Positions 43,011 to 53,005 of a stretch of DNA of 64,000 nucleotides are shown here, one piece after another. The position numbers were made by a program, and so were the translations under genes. Source of the DNA: an uncultured delta proteobacterium (GTDB lineage Bacteria; Desulfobacterota; Binatia; UBA9968); NCBI GenBank assembly GCA_963745035.1, contig CAVUVW010000013.1:32001-96000 (forward strand). The letters are read 5' to 3'. Numbering within the stretch: the stretch's first letter is position 1; the number at the start of each line of letters is the position of its first letter. Under the pieces are notes generated by a model. That model had not been told where the DNA came from, made no database searches, and saw nothing but the letters and a program-made list of their open reading frames with translations.

Positions 43011-44450
43011 TCATGACAAGTTTGGTTTCAGGTGATGCCAGCGCTGGCTTTGTTCGTAAGCGTGAGCCACTTGAAGCACTGTTGCCTCGTCGAATGGCGC
43101 AGCAGCGATCTGAATCGCTAGCGGCAAACCATTGGAAGCGAAACCGCAGCACACGCAAAGCGCCGGCAGACCGGTGACGTTGAAAGGAATCGTGCTCAGC
43201 CCCCAGTAGCTGCCGCGGATATCCTGAAAAGTAACCTTTTTCCCATCGATGATGGCGAAACCCCGCCGACATTCGTCGATGGTCGGCGCAGGGATCGACA
43301 CCGGCGTGACAATGACACTCACGGATTTGAACGCGGCGGCAAACTCGTCGCACAGGACGCGTCTGACTTTTTGTGCGGCGAGGTAGATGGTCGCCGGGAT
43401 CGTCAGTGCATGAATATGCCGGTAAAGAATGTCCGGACTGTAATCGCGCGAGCGCGTTCGCAGATATTCCTCGTGCGCCGAGGCATTCTCCACGCGGCTG
43501 GTCGCCATCTGCACCGCCGGGATCAGCGACGCGTGCGGAATCGCAACTCGCTCGGCTTTCATACCGAGCGCTTCGAGCGATTCGATCGCTTGCTTGAAAA
43601 GCCGCTCGGATTCGCCGGTCACCAGACCATCGAAATAATCGGCGACCAGACCAAATTTTTTACTCCACACACCGCTCTTCAGTTCGGTGGAATAATTTGC
43701 CACCGGCGCAGTGGAGCTGAGCGGATCCTTGTCGTCCCTGCCGGCGATCGCTTGCAGTACGATCGCCGAGTCTTCGACAGTCTTGGTAAAAACACCGAAA
43801 TGATTGGTCGAGTAACCTCCGGTTCCAGGAACGCCGCCGAAGACACTCAGCCGGCCGTAGGTCGGCTTCAAGCCGACGACACCGCACATCGCTGCCGGGT
43901 TCCGCACCGAGCCGGCATTGTCAGTTCCAATTGACGCCAGGCAAAGATCCGCCGCGACTGCAGCGGCAGAACCACCGCTCGAGCCGCCGGGGATTCTCGA
44001 TCGATCCCACGGATTGTATGTGGCGCCGAAATAGGGATTGATGGTCGTTCCTCCCGCCGCCCACTCGTGCATGTTGGTCTTTCCCAAGATGATCGCTCCG
44101 GCTTCCTTGAGTGATGCGACGACCGTTGCATCGAAGTCGGGAATCCAATCAGCGAGAATCTTTGAGCCAGCCGTGGTCTTCACCCCTCGCGTCGCTAGAT
44201 TGTCCTTGATCGAAACCGTGATGCCGTGAAGCGAACCACGGTATCCGCCCGCGGCGATTTCCTTTTCCGCCGCTGCGGCATCGGCTAGGGCGGCCTCAGC
44301 CGTGAGTGTCTGATAGGCATTAAGGACGGGGTTGAGCTTCTCGATGCGCGCCAAGTACCGCTCGGTTAATTCGACCGGCGACAGGCGACGCTCACGAATC
44401 TGCTCCGCCGCGCGGGCGATGGTTAGATCTAAAAGGTCATTTTCGGTCAT
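43011..44450 (-). CDS. Amidase-signature family amidase (GatA/AtzE-like)
   Basis: SIKDN, GKTNMHE, GGSSGGSAAAV and GTDNAGSVR give the Lys-cisSer-Ser triad. Confidence 0.95.
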   Translation of the reverse strand: MTENDLLDLTIARAAEQIRERRLSPVELTERYLARIEKLNPVLNAYQTLTAEAALADAAAAEKEIAAGGYRGSLHGITVSIKDNLATRGVKTTAGSKILADWIPDFDATVVASLKEAGAIILGKTNMHEWAAGGTTINPYFGATYNPWDRSRIPGGSSGGSAAAVAADLCLASIGTDNAGSVRNPAAMCGVVGLKPTYGRLSVFGGVPGTGGYSTNHFGVFTKTVEDSAIVLQAIAGRDDKDPLSSTAPVANYSTELKSGVWSKKFGLVADYFDGLVTGESERLFKQAIESLEALGMKAERVAIPHASLIPAVQMATSRVENASAHEEYLRTRSRDYSPDILYRHIHALTIPATIYLAAQKVRRVLCDEFAAAFKSVSVIVTPVSIPAPTIDECRRGFAIIDGKKVTFQDIRGSYWGLSTIPFNVTGLPALCVCCGFASNGLPLAIQIAAAPFDEATVLQVAHAYEQSQRWHHLKPNLS

Positions 44451-44628
44451 GGCTTTCCTGCCGGTCGATCTTCATCAGCGGAGCACTTTCCGGGAAATCC
44501 AGTACTCGGAGTTGCCGAAGTAGCTCGTCGGCTCTTTCCGCCTGACGGACAATCGAGTCGACTTCCGCCTCGGTCAAATTGAAGCCGTACTCGGCATCCA
44601 GTTTTTTGATCTGCTCTCTCATCCGCAA
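44437..44628 (-). CDS. Small GatC/AtzG-like amidase partner protein
   Basis: About 60 aa, apparently helical (IKKLDAEYGFNLTEAEVDSIV...P), overlapping the amidase start. Confidence 0.6.
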   Translation of the reverse strand: MRMREQIKKLDAEYGFNLTEAEVDSIVRQAERADELLRQLRVLDFPESAPLMKIDRQESHDRK

Positions 44629-44646
44629 ATCCTCCGGTAAGCCTAT

Positions 44647-46260
44647 CTAACGTTGCGTTCCACGCACACGATCAACCAAACTGCGGGCGTCTTGTGGCGC
44701 AGAATCCGCTCGCCATCCTACATGTCCGTCGGGCCGGACCAAGACCAGCTTGCGTTGATACAGGCTCGCCACAGGCACTTCGTCGAAATCATACACGGTG
44801 AGCGGCAACGCCACGTCCCGCGCCGCGGCCATGAGTCCAGTTACATCCGCGGCGGCATCGAAGCGCAAAAGGCAAAAACCATCGCCGAATAGATCTAACG
44901 TGGAGCGGCCGTCCTCGAGCCAAGCATGCGGCGCTCGGGAGCCGGGGCGCGCGGTGGGGGTATAAACCTGTACGTCATCCGGCGGCGGGGGTGTGCCGTC
45001 CGGCACAATGAGGGGCGAGGCATCGTAGCGGTAACCTAAAGCAACTCCCTCTACGTCGAATTGGCGCTGTACGTTGCTCTCGACCAATGTTTTCGCGAAC
45101 AGCTCACGCAAGGTCTTTCCTTTAGCCGAATCCTCGGAAATCGTCTCATCGCCCGGCAAGAGCGCCTTGGTCTTCCAAAACATATCGGTGGCTTCGTCAA
45201 GATTATAAAGGGCGACGGGTTTGCGCTCCGCTTCGTAACTGTCCAGCAAGGTCGGTCCGCCCCATCCTTGTAGCGCAGCCTGTAGCTTCCATCCGAGATC
45301 CACCGCATCGCCGATGCCGGTATTCATGCCGAACCCGCCAGTGGTCGACATCTGGTGCGCCGCGTCGCCAGCTAAAAACACCCGGCCGCTTCGATAACCC
45401 TGCGCGATCATTTTACGGCGATCCCATTTGTAGACCGCCAGAACTTCGAACTGCACGTCGCGCCCCGCAACTCTGCGGATGATCGACTCAATGGGTGGTT
45501 GAGAGTCGCCTTTCAGTTGCACCGTCATGCGCCACAATCCCTTGCCGTCCAAGGCGTGCATGTTGCCCCACATGCCTTCGGCGCCGACGATGCGGTGCAT
45601 CTGGGCCGGCCTGCCGTGTTGCATGGAAACGAACTCGGGGCAGCTGAAAAATATGTTGAGGTTGGAATTGAGACGCGGATCGCCGTCCAATTTGATGCCC
45701 GATATTTCTCGCACCGGGCTATCGGCGCCGTCGCAGCCGACCAAGTACGACGCGCGGACGGTTTGCCGCTGATTGGACTCGAGATCGACCAACTCCGCAG
45801 TTACGTCTTGCTCGCTTTGCGAGAGCGATTCCAAGCGGGTGCGTAGGCGCACCTCGACGTGGGGAAACGAACGCACGCGCTCGAGCAGTATCGGGTCGAA
45901 CCAGAGCTGCGAGCAGACACAGTTGCCTTCCGGGGTGTAATCGAGTCTGCCGCGCTCGCGATAGGTTGGGTAGCAAAAGCGCAATAGCTCGTAGCCGGCC
46001 ATGCTGGTGATGAACCGAATGTCCAGGGGATAGTCTTCGCCGATGCCCGCTTGCTTGACTTTCGTGGCGACGCCCCAGCGCCGGCAGAACTCCATCGTGC
46101 GGGTACTGACCGTATTCATCTTGGGCAACGTAACCTTGCCGTCCCGCTGTTCAACGATCAGACAGTGAATTCCGCGCAGACCCAGTTCCAGAGCTAGCGC
46201 CAATCCAACCGGACCGGCGCCGACGATCAAAACCGGTGTGTTATTGATTTTGTCTTCCAT
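44647..46260 (-). CDS. FAD-dependent aromatic monooxygenase (PheA/TfdB/RdmE-like, group A)
   Basis: GAGPVG, CDGADS, LAGDAAH...GGFGMNTG, PGSRAPH and VRPDGHVGWR. Confidence 0.95.
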   Translation of the reverse strand: MEDKINNTPVLIVGAGPVGLALALELGLRGIHCLIVEQRDGKVTLPKMNTVSTRTMEFCRRWGVATKVKQAGIGEDYPLDIRFITSMAGYELLRFCYPTYRERGRLDYTPEGNCVCSQLWFDPILLERVRSFPHVEVRLRTRLESLSQSEQDVTAELVDLESNQRQTVRASYLVGCDGADSPVREISGIKLDGDPRLNSNLNIFFSCPEFVSMQHGRPAQMHRIVGAEGMWGNMHALDGKGLWRMTVQLKGDSQPPIESIIRRVAGRDVQFEVLAVYKWDRRKMIAQGYRSGRVFLAGDAAHQMSTTGGFGMNTGIGDAVDLGWKLQAALQGWGGPTLLDSYEAERKPVALYNLDEATDMFWKTKALLPGDETISEDSAKGKTLRELFAKTLVESNVQRQFDVEGVALGYRYDASPLIVPDGTPPPPDDVQVYTPTARPGSRAPHAWLEDGRSTLDLFGDGFCLLRFDAAADVTGLMAAARDVALPLTVYDFDEVPVASLYQRKLVLVRPDGHVGWRADSAPQDARSLVDRVRGTQR

Positions 46261-46506
46261 CGATTACCTGCAGTCGCATCCCGCGTTGGAAAACACAACG
46301 CACTTATCCATCCTGGCCCGCCAAGAAGCGCATCCCTCCCGTTACGCTCTTTGAGAACATCAGCCGCGTCGCCGGTACTCGGCCGCGCCGAAGGGAAAGT
46401 TGATGCCGTCGTCCGAAATGATTGCCTTGTTCTGCAGCGACAGAAAAGTGTCGTTTCGCGACTCGCGCAGTCTCGATCGCCGCCCCTTGCAGCACCAATG
46501 TTCGTT

Positions 46507-47532
46507 TCAATGAATGCTAAATATCTCGTTGTAAAGCTTTACGATCTCTTCGTAGTTCTTATAATCCCTAGGATGCGCGATCACCCATCTGTAACCGCGA
46601 AAAAGTCGCGGCGGGTCCGGCTCGACATCTTTGCGGACCGGAACTCCGCCAAACCCCTGCATCATCTGTTGACCTTCCTTGGAAAGCACAAAGTCGATGA
46701 AAAGCTTGGCCGCGTTCGGGTGCGGCGCATTCGCCGCCAGTACGGTTGGGTTTACCCGGACGACCGCCGGCTCCAAAGGTATCCAATCAATGGGCGCTCC
46801 GCGCATGATCATGCGCTGGCAAGTCTGGTTAAAAGCCACGACAAGCGGGAATTCACCCGCGGCGGCCAATGTGGCTCTGTGCGTGCTACCCCGCTGAACC
46901 CTTGGGTGTTGCGCAGCCAAGCTCTTGAAATACGAGATTGCCTTCGACCTTCCCCACACCGCTATCAATCCCTGAAGCATTTCGTAGGCTTCAACATCTA
47001 GCGAAATTTGCGAACCTTTCCATTTTGGCTGCAACAAATCTTCGTAAGTCTTGGGTAGATCCTCTTTTCTGATCAATTTTGTGTTGTAACCCAGAACAAA
47101 ACTAAGCGTATAGAAAGACGCCCAGTATCCATCCTTGTCCACGAGATCGTCGTAAATCATCGTTGCCTCCGGAGATCGGTAGGTCGCCAGCAGTTTTCTC
47201 TCCATCAGAGGCACAACCATCAATCCCGGACCCACTGCGACGTCCCAGGTTCGCCCACCCGTTCTCGCTTCCGATAAAATACGGTTCAATAGCGGGCCGC
47301 CGGCGGTCCTGTAGAGTGTAGGTTTTATGAACGGATACTTTTTGTTGAAGCGGTCCATCACCTCTTTGCTCATGTCGAGCGTCAAAGTCGTGTACCAGAT
47401 TACTTCAGCCTCTTTTTTAGCGGCTTCGAGAACCTTGGGATCCGGAGCGGTCTGTGCCATCGAGGTTGAAACCCAAACGAGGATGCCCAAAGCTAACAAG
47501 GACGCTGCAAGCAAACGGCATTGTTGGATCAT
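46507..47532 (-). CDS. Extracellular solute-binding protein (AfuA/Fe3+-type)
   Basis: Signal peptide; EAAKKEAEVIWYTT, PKTYEDLL and APHPNAAKLFIDFVLSKEGQ. Confidence 0.92.
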   Translation of the reverse strand: MIQQCRLLAASLLALGILVWVSTSMAQTAPDPKVLEAAKKEAEVIWYTTLTLDMSKEVMDRFNKKYPFIKPTLYRTAGGPLLNRILSEARTGGRTWDVAVGPGLMVVPLMERKLLATYRSPEATMIYDDLVDKDGYWASFYTLSFVLGYNTKLIRKEDLPKTYEDLLQPKWKGSQISLDVEAYEMLQGLIAVWGRSKAISYFKSLAAQHPRVQRGSTHRATLAAAGEFPLVVAFNQTCQRMIMRGAPIDWIPLEPAVVRVNPTVLAANAPHPNAAKLFIDFVLSKEGQQMMQGFGGVPVRKDVEPDPPRLFRGYRWVIAHPRDYKNYEEIVKLYNEIFSIH

Positions 47533-47551
47533 GGACAGATCCCTCTATTTG

Positions 47552-48754
47552 CTATGCACAAACAGACAGTTCGAGTTTTCGATCGCCCAATTCGCGATAG
47601 CCGTTTTCGGTAACGATGACGGTGGTGCCGGCCAACATGGTATCGTCGCTGGAATCGGCCAGCAAAGTCGGCGAGATGCTGTAAACCATGCCCGCTTTTA
47701 GCATGAAATTACTTCCTCTGAATCCCAAGCCGAGAGTCTTGCTCAGTTGTTCCTTCGAAGGATCCGGAATGTTGAAGGCCGGTCCCGGAAATTCCGGAAC
47801 GTCGATGCCGTATTGATGAGTCTGCGAATGGGGCGAGGATCGAAATCCGGTCTCCGTCACGGCTTTGCGGTATGTTTCCACCAGGTCCAAATGGGATACG
47901 CCCTCCCGGACGGCGCCGAGAACTTTCTCTCTGACATCGAGCACTGCTTTGAATAGATCCCGATGGAGCGGTTTCGGCTCGCCGACCGAGAACTGGTGAT
48001 CGCTGTGGCCGGCGTAGTGATGATATTCGGCGTGGGCTGTGAGCGTTCCGATATCTCCTTTTTGTATCGCTCGATCAAGACAAATTTGCATGAGCACAGG
48101 ATTCTGCTTCGGAACGGGACCCAAATGCAGGTTGAAACTTGAATGCATATCACCGCCAGCCGCCCACATCGCATTGATGCCTTCCTGCAGCAGCCGCCGG
48201 CCCAGCATTCCCGGCCTTGCGACTTCGCAAACTCTCTCCACCGCCCGGTCGAAAATCCGGTTCGCCATGTCGATCATGGCGATTTCCTCTTCGCTTTTGA
48301 TGGTTCTGGCATTGGTAAAAATGCCGGATACGTCGACAAACTTCGCCTCCGGGAAAGCTTTTTGAAGCTGCGCGTAGAACGCGTGATTGATGCTGGCATA
48401 TCCGGCCAACCCCAGCGTTCCTTTATCCAGCTTGAGCTCCTTCATCCTCGCAATGATCTGTGAGCCGTCCACACCGCCCCGGATGTCCCGAATCCACTCT
48501 TGCATGTCGAGCAATACATCGACGGAAATATCGGCCAGTTGGCGGAAATTGATCACCACGGTCGGAAGATCGTCCGTGGCGGGAAGCAAACCGAACATTT
48601 CACCGGGAATTCCGTTGGTGATGTAAAACAGATTAGTGCCGGTAACGACCGCGCAATCGACATTTGCATTTCTCAATTCCCGTCGAATCAAAGCATAGCG
48701 TCGATCACGCTCCTTCAACGATATCTGCGGCAGTCCTGCGCTGGCCTGGTTCAT
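47552..48754 (-). CDS. M24/creatinase-fold hydrolase
   Basis: Creatinase-type N-domain, RTIKSEEEI, HQYG and LKAGMVYSISP...VTENGYR. The usual D/D/H/E/E metal set appears largely replaced. Confidence 0.8.
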   Translation of the reverse strand: MNQASAGLPQISLKERDRRYALIRRELRNANVDCAVVTGTNLFYITNGIPGEMFGLLPATDDLPTVVINFRQLADISVDVLLDMQEWIRDIRGGVDGSQIIARMKELKLDKGTLGLAGYASINHAFYAQLQKAFPEAKFVDVSGIFTNARTIKSEEEIAMIDMANRIFDRAVERVCEVARPGMLGRRLLQEGINAMWAAGGDMHSSFNLHLGPVPKQNPVLMQICLDRAIQKGDIGTLTAHAEYHHYAGHSDHQFSVGEPKPLHRDLFKAVLDVREKVLGAVREGVSHLDLVETYRKAVTETGFRSSPHSQTHQYGIDVPEFPGPAFNIPDPSKEQLSKTLGLGFRGSNFMLKAGMVYSISPTLLADSSDDTMLAGTTVIVTENGYRELGDRKLELSVCA

Positions 48755-48805
48755 CGTCTTCTCCTTATCGCTTTATCTTTCTCATTGCTTTCCTACTATG
48801 GCTTG

Positions 48806-48845
48806 AATATATCGTCAAATATATTAGTTTTATCGCTATCATAAA
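48806..48845. promoter_or_regulatory. Two LysR-type palindromic operator sites in a divergent promoter
   Basis: AATATAT-N6-ATATATT (48806-48825) and TTTAT-N7-ATAAA (48829-48845, containing T-N11-A), between the divergent M24 and LysR genes. Confidence 0.65.
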
Positions 48846-48854
48846 TGGTTCTTT

Positions 48855-49831
48855 ATGGCTGTAGATATTAGCCTTCATCGGCTAAAAATTTTTTTGTCGG
48901 TCGCCGAGCACAAGAACTTCTCTAAAGCAGCGGGTGTGCTCGGCATGACGCAGCCGTCGATTTCCATCCAGATCAAAAAACTCGAGCACGACCTCGGCGT
49001 AAAGTTATTCGATAGGTTGCGGCGGAATACGCACCTGACCAATGAGGGTCAACTCGTATTGGCGTACGCCAAGCGAATGCTGGGCTGGATTTCCAGTCTC
49101 GAGAGCGATCTCGAAGACCTGCGTGGAATCAAGGTCGGAAATCTGGTGGTCGGAGCGAGCAGGGTTCCTAGCTCGACTACTTTCCCTCTCGCTTTTGCGC
49201 TGTTCAAGAAACAGTATCCGGAAACAAATATTCTGGTGAAGACAGCGCTCAGCCGTCAAGTGGAACAGTGGGTGTTGGATAATGAGGTCGACCTTGCGAT
49301 CGTCGGTGGAGATGTCACATCAAAATTTATCCTGCGAGAACATTATTACGACGAAGAATTGTTGGTAGTGCTCACGCCCGACCACCGTCTTGCGAAAAAG
49401 GACAAGCTGCTTCCCCAGGACATTCTCTCGGAACCTTTCCTGCTGCCTTACACCGGCGCGTCGCTAAATTTATCGACGACGCTCTTCACCGAAAGGGAGT
49501 CGTGATTACGAATTATGTTACGTTGGGATCCCGCGAAGCCATTAAGGGGGCACTGGCTGCGGGTTTTGGCATAACGATCATGCCGAGATCCGCCGTTGAG
49601 CTGGAATCAAACGTTGGGCTCCTGACAACCAAGAAGATTCACGGCATCGATCTTCAATATCCCGTTTACATTATCCATCATAAAGATAAGCATCTTTCCC
49701 GTCTGGCGCTCACTTTTTTGGAGTTTCTACGCAAATTGCAATCAGTCTCATCGGTTTCGAAATCACTCGAACCGAACGGCGACGCTAACCGGATGGAATC
49801 AAGTCGCTTCAGAAGGTTCCTCAGAGTGTAA
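48855..49831 (+). CDS. LysR family transcriptional regulator, frameshifted near 49460
   Basis: LKIFLSVAEHKNFSKAAGVLGMTQPSISIQIKKLE HTH; C-terminal part SREAIKGALAAGFGI in the next frame. Confidence 0.93.
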
Positions 49832-49942
49832 ACCGTGCCGGCAAGTCGAAAAGGTCCTCCTGAGCACTTAAAGTCCTCCAATTGAGCCAACCAGATTGCT
49901 TTTCGCAGGAATGAGCATGATGCGGCATTAGTCTGAGATCGG

Positions 49943-50959
49943 TTATCGTTGGATTCGTTCGAAGAATCCCACGTTTTCAATTTCTTTCATGGGCGTTACA
50001 TCGATGAAATCGGCAACTTTCATCTCTTTCAGCTTGGGAGTGGTTGGAGAGAGATCCTCGATCGCTACCTGGATTGCGTCTTCTCGCGGATAAGGCTTCG
50101 CCGGTATGCTTTGAAGAAATTGCACTTTATAGGTGAAGTCCAAGAGCTTGGGATCTTCGATCCGCATGTACTTCTTGAAAGCCTGATAAACCAAATCCTT
50201 GTTTTTTCTTCCCAAGGAAATCGCTTCGCTATAAGCCATCAGGAAGTTTTTCAATCGGGCGCGATGGTCTCTCACAAAATCCCTGGTCGTGACGAATTCA
50301 CTGCCCGGGATCGGAATACCAAAGTCGCGCAAGTCGCCCAACACGGTCATTTTCTCCCCTTTCAATTCCATCAGCTGAAATACTTTATCAGGCTCGCCCA
50401 GGGTCGCATCGAGTTTCCCTTGCAACATGATCAGAATTCTTTTTTCGGATTCGCTGAGTCCGGTTGCGATTAAATACACGTCTTTACCTGGCACCAACCC
50501 CGCGTTGTTGAGGATACGCCGCAGCACGAAGTCAGGGCCTGCACCGATGCGGCTACCGCCCACAATTTTTCCGCGGAGATCCTGAAGAGTTTTGATTGAC
50601 GGGCGAGCAACCAACTGAAAATTTGATCCGCCATTCGTCGACACGATCGTAATTGGCGCGCCTTGCGCAACTGAGGCAACAACCTGCGGTCCGGCGGCAG
50701 TAATCAAATGCACACCGCCGGTCAATAGCGCGCTCAGGATGACATTGCCGCCAGCGATGCTAACAAGTTTTACATCCAATCCGTACTTTTCGAAGAGACC
50801 CGTATCACGTGCAATCCACAGGGGAGCCCGATTGGCAGTGACTGAGGCGTAGGCAGCGATGAAAGGTTCAAGTTTTCTTTCCTGGCTGATTGCAAACTGT
50901 GGGTTTAGAAAGGCGATCGCAACGATCCACAATGAAATTTGTTTCATCGGTTTTAACAC
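49943..50959 (-). CDS. NMT1/SsuA-like ABC substrate-binding protein
   Basis: APLWIARDTGLFEKYGL, DLRGKIVG and IPAKPYP. Confidence 0.92.
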   Translation of the reverse strand: MLKPMKQISLWIVAIAFLNPQFAISQERKLEPFIAAYASVTANRAPLWIARDTGLFEKYGLDVKLVSIAGGNVILSALLTGGVHLITAAGPQVVASVAQGAPITIVSTNGGSNFQLVARPSIKTLQDLRGKIVGGSRIGAGPDFVLRRILNNAGLVPGKDVYLIATGLSESEKRILIMLQGKLDATLGEPDKVFQLMELKGEKMTVLGDLRDFGIPIPGSEFVTTRDFVRDHRARLKNFLMAYSEAISLGRKNKDLVYQAFKKYMRIEDPKLLDFTYKVQFLQSIPAKPYPREDAIQVAIEDLSPTTPKLKEMKVADFIDVTPMKEIENVGFFERIQR

Positions 50960-50981
50960 CTATCGGACGGTGAATGTTTCG

Positions 50982-51377
50982 TCATTCTGGGCTTGGCTTG
51001 AATCTGGGCACGACGATTTCCTCCGTGATGGATTCGAAGGCAACCGTCAAAGGCATGCCGATCTCAATTTGATCGACCCGCACGCTGGTAAGATTACTGA
51101 GCATTCGGGGGCCTTCCGCAAGTTCGATCACGCCCACTAGGTAGGGCAATTCTCCTTTCCAATACGGATCCAGTGCACGATGCGCGATGACAAAGCTGAA
51201 CAATGTCCCCTTACCAGAAGCCTCGACCCACAGGTGATCGGGAGATAAACAGGAGTGACAAATCGGACTCGGTGGATAGCGGAAATGACCGCAGCGCGCG
51301 CAACGCTGGATCAAGAGCACTCCACGTGCGCAACCCGCCCAAAATGGCTCCCAATCAGGATCTGATAAGACCGGCAT
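50982..51377 (-). CDS. DUF35 Zn-ribbon/OB-fold protein
   Basis: PFWAGC, CxxC-x10-CxxC, GKGTLFSF and ELAEGPRMLSN. Confidence 0.93.
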   Translation of the reverse strand: MPVLSDPDWEPFWAGCARGVLLIQRCARCGHFRYPPSPICHSCLSPDHLWVEASGKGTLFSFVIAHRALDPYWKGELPYLVGVIELAEGPRMLSNLTSVRVDQIEIGMPLTVAFESITEEIVVPRFKPSPE

Positions 51378-52548
51378 AGGCGCAATTCAGACAGCTAGAA
51401 TTACCAAACAGAAGCGTAACGTGAATGCCGAGTTCGCCGCACTGACCATTCGCAAGCGCTATTTTGGCATCAGACACCTGCCGGGAACCGGCTTGGTGAC
51501 GGAGTTGAGCCACCGCTTCGGTCAAATGACTGATCCCGCCGATATGAGCGTGCGAAAGAAGTCCGCCGTGCGTGTTTACCGGCAGTGCTCCGCCAAGCTG
51601 AATCCTCCCGTCCTCGACAAAAGATCCACCTTCGCCCTTTTTGCAAAATCCGTAGTCCTCCAAGGTGACGAGAACAACGGCGGTAAAGCAATCATAGAGC
51701 TCGGCAACATCCACGTCGGCGGGCGCGACTCCGGCCATTTCGAAGGCCTGCCGCGCTGCCCCGCGCGCGGCGGTTTCGGTCATGCTGCGGCTGGAAACGA
51801 TTTCGCTATGTTCGCACGAATAGCCGGAGCCCAGGATGAATATAGGCGGCTGCTTACAATCTCGCGCGCGATCGCCCCGTGTGACGACCAATGCCGCGGC
51901 TCCATCCGACACCAACGAACAATCAAGCAATCTGTAGGGGTCCGCAATCATTGGCGAGTTCTGGTGATCCTCGATCGTAATGCGTTTACGCATCTGGGCG
52001 GCGGGATTCATGCTCGCATGATGCCGACATGCGACGGCCACGGCCCCGAACTGCCGCGAAGAAGTGCCATACTCATGCATATGCCGTCTTGCCGCCAAAG
52101 CGTATTGGATCGGCGCTGCCCCCGCGCCAAACAGATTCCTCACGTCTTCGGTGTCGGCAGGTGACCGCTCGCGCGGTTTCAATCTTCCCCGATTGGACGA
52201 TCGGCTATCCCCGCCTACGCACAGGACCGTGGAGCAAAGGCCGGCCGCGATCGAGGCTGCCGCATTCACGATCATGCTCGCGGCCGCAGCGCCGCCGAGA
52301 GCGATATCGGTCACGTACGCTGGCGTGATTCCCAATCGTTCCGCCAAAAGAGCGGAATAGTTGGGCTGCGGATTGCTCCGCATCTGCGTGGCGATAATTC
52401 CGTCGATGTCTCGTTTGTCTAAGCCAGCGTCCTGAATTGCGGCAACCGAAGCTTCGAGCCTGAGGCTTAGAGCACTTCTGTCGGGAAGCCTGCCTACTGC
52501 AGTCTCGCCGATTCCAGCAATCGCAAATTGGCCGGTTGTACTGTTCAC
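51355..52548 (-). CDS. SCP2/Ltp2-type thiolase-fold protein
   Basis: AIAGIGET, LLDCSLVSDGA, AELYDCF and NTHGGLLSHAH. The nucleophilic Cys position reads GGA. Confidence 0.9.
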   Translation of the reverse strand: MNSTTGQFAIAGIGETAVGRLPDRSALSLRLEASVAAIQDAGLDKRDIDGIIATQMRSNPQPNYSALLAERLGITPAYVTDIALGGAAAASMIVNAAASIAAGLCSTVLCVGGDSRSSNRGRLKPRERSPADTEDVRNLFGAGAAPIQYALAARRHMHEYGTSSRQFGAVAVACRHHASMNPAAQMRKRITIEDHQNSPMIADPYRLLDCSLVSDGAAALVVTRGDRARDCKQPPIFILGSGYSCEHSEIVSSRSMTETAARGAARQAFEMAGVAPADVDVAELYDCFTAVVLVTLEDYGFCKKGEGGSFVEDGRIQLGGALPVNTHGGLLSHAHIGGISHLTEAVAQLRHQAGSRQVSDAKIALANGQCGELGIHVTLLFGNSSCLNCAYAGLIRS

Positions 52549-52549
52549 G

Positions 52550-53005
52550 TTAGCTCTCGCCGCGTGTACTGGGCGGGTTCCTGGCAGGAACTATTAAGAC
52601 GCACGACCCGGTAAGAATCTGTCTACCGTCCTGGTTCTTCCCTTCGATTTCGCAGCGTATCCAAGGATCGGCCGAACTTGGCGACATTTCCGTAATTGTG
52701 CCGCCATAAGAAATGCTGTCACCCTCAAATGTTGAATATGTGTGCCTCAAATTGATCTTCTTCAGTTGTCCTTTTGGCCCAACCCAATCGGTCAACATCC
52801 GGAAGAGGAGCGCTTCGCGATAGGCTCCACTGGCGATGAATGTTCGCATGCCATTATGCTCGCGCACGTAATCGCGGTCGAAATGAAGCTGCGACCAATT
52901 CTCCTGCAGCCCCGCCCAACGCACTGTATCCGCCACCGTCAGCGGTCCGTATTGCCGCGACGGAAGAGCACTCCCACACGTGAGATCTTCAAAATAGATC
53001 TGCAT
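52550..53005 (-). CDS. MaoC-like hot-dog dehydratase
   Basis: YFEDL...LP, WAGLQENWSQLHFD and MLTDWVG. Confidence 0.8.
   Translation of the reverse strand: MQIYFEDLTCGSALPSRQYGPLTVADTVRWAGLQENWSQLHFDRDYVREHNGMRTFIASGAYREALLFRMLTDWVGPKGQLKKINLRHTYSTFEGDSISYGGTITEMSPSSADPWIRCEIEGKNQDGRQILTGSCVLIVPARNPPSTRGES

Noticed and set aside
43011-44628. Housekeeping gatCA
   Set aside because: No gatB follows, the neighbours are catabolic, and the sequence looks diverged from GatA.
46261-46506. Small gene between the SBP and the FAD monooxygenase
   Set aside because: Only a coding-like fragment (FLSLQNKAIISDDGINFPFG) with no supported start; at most a remnant.
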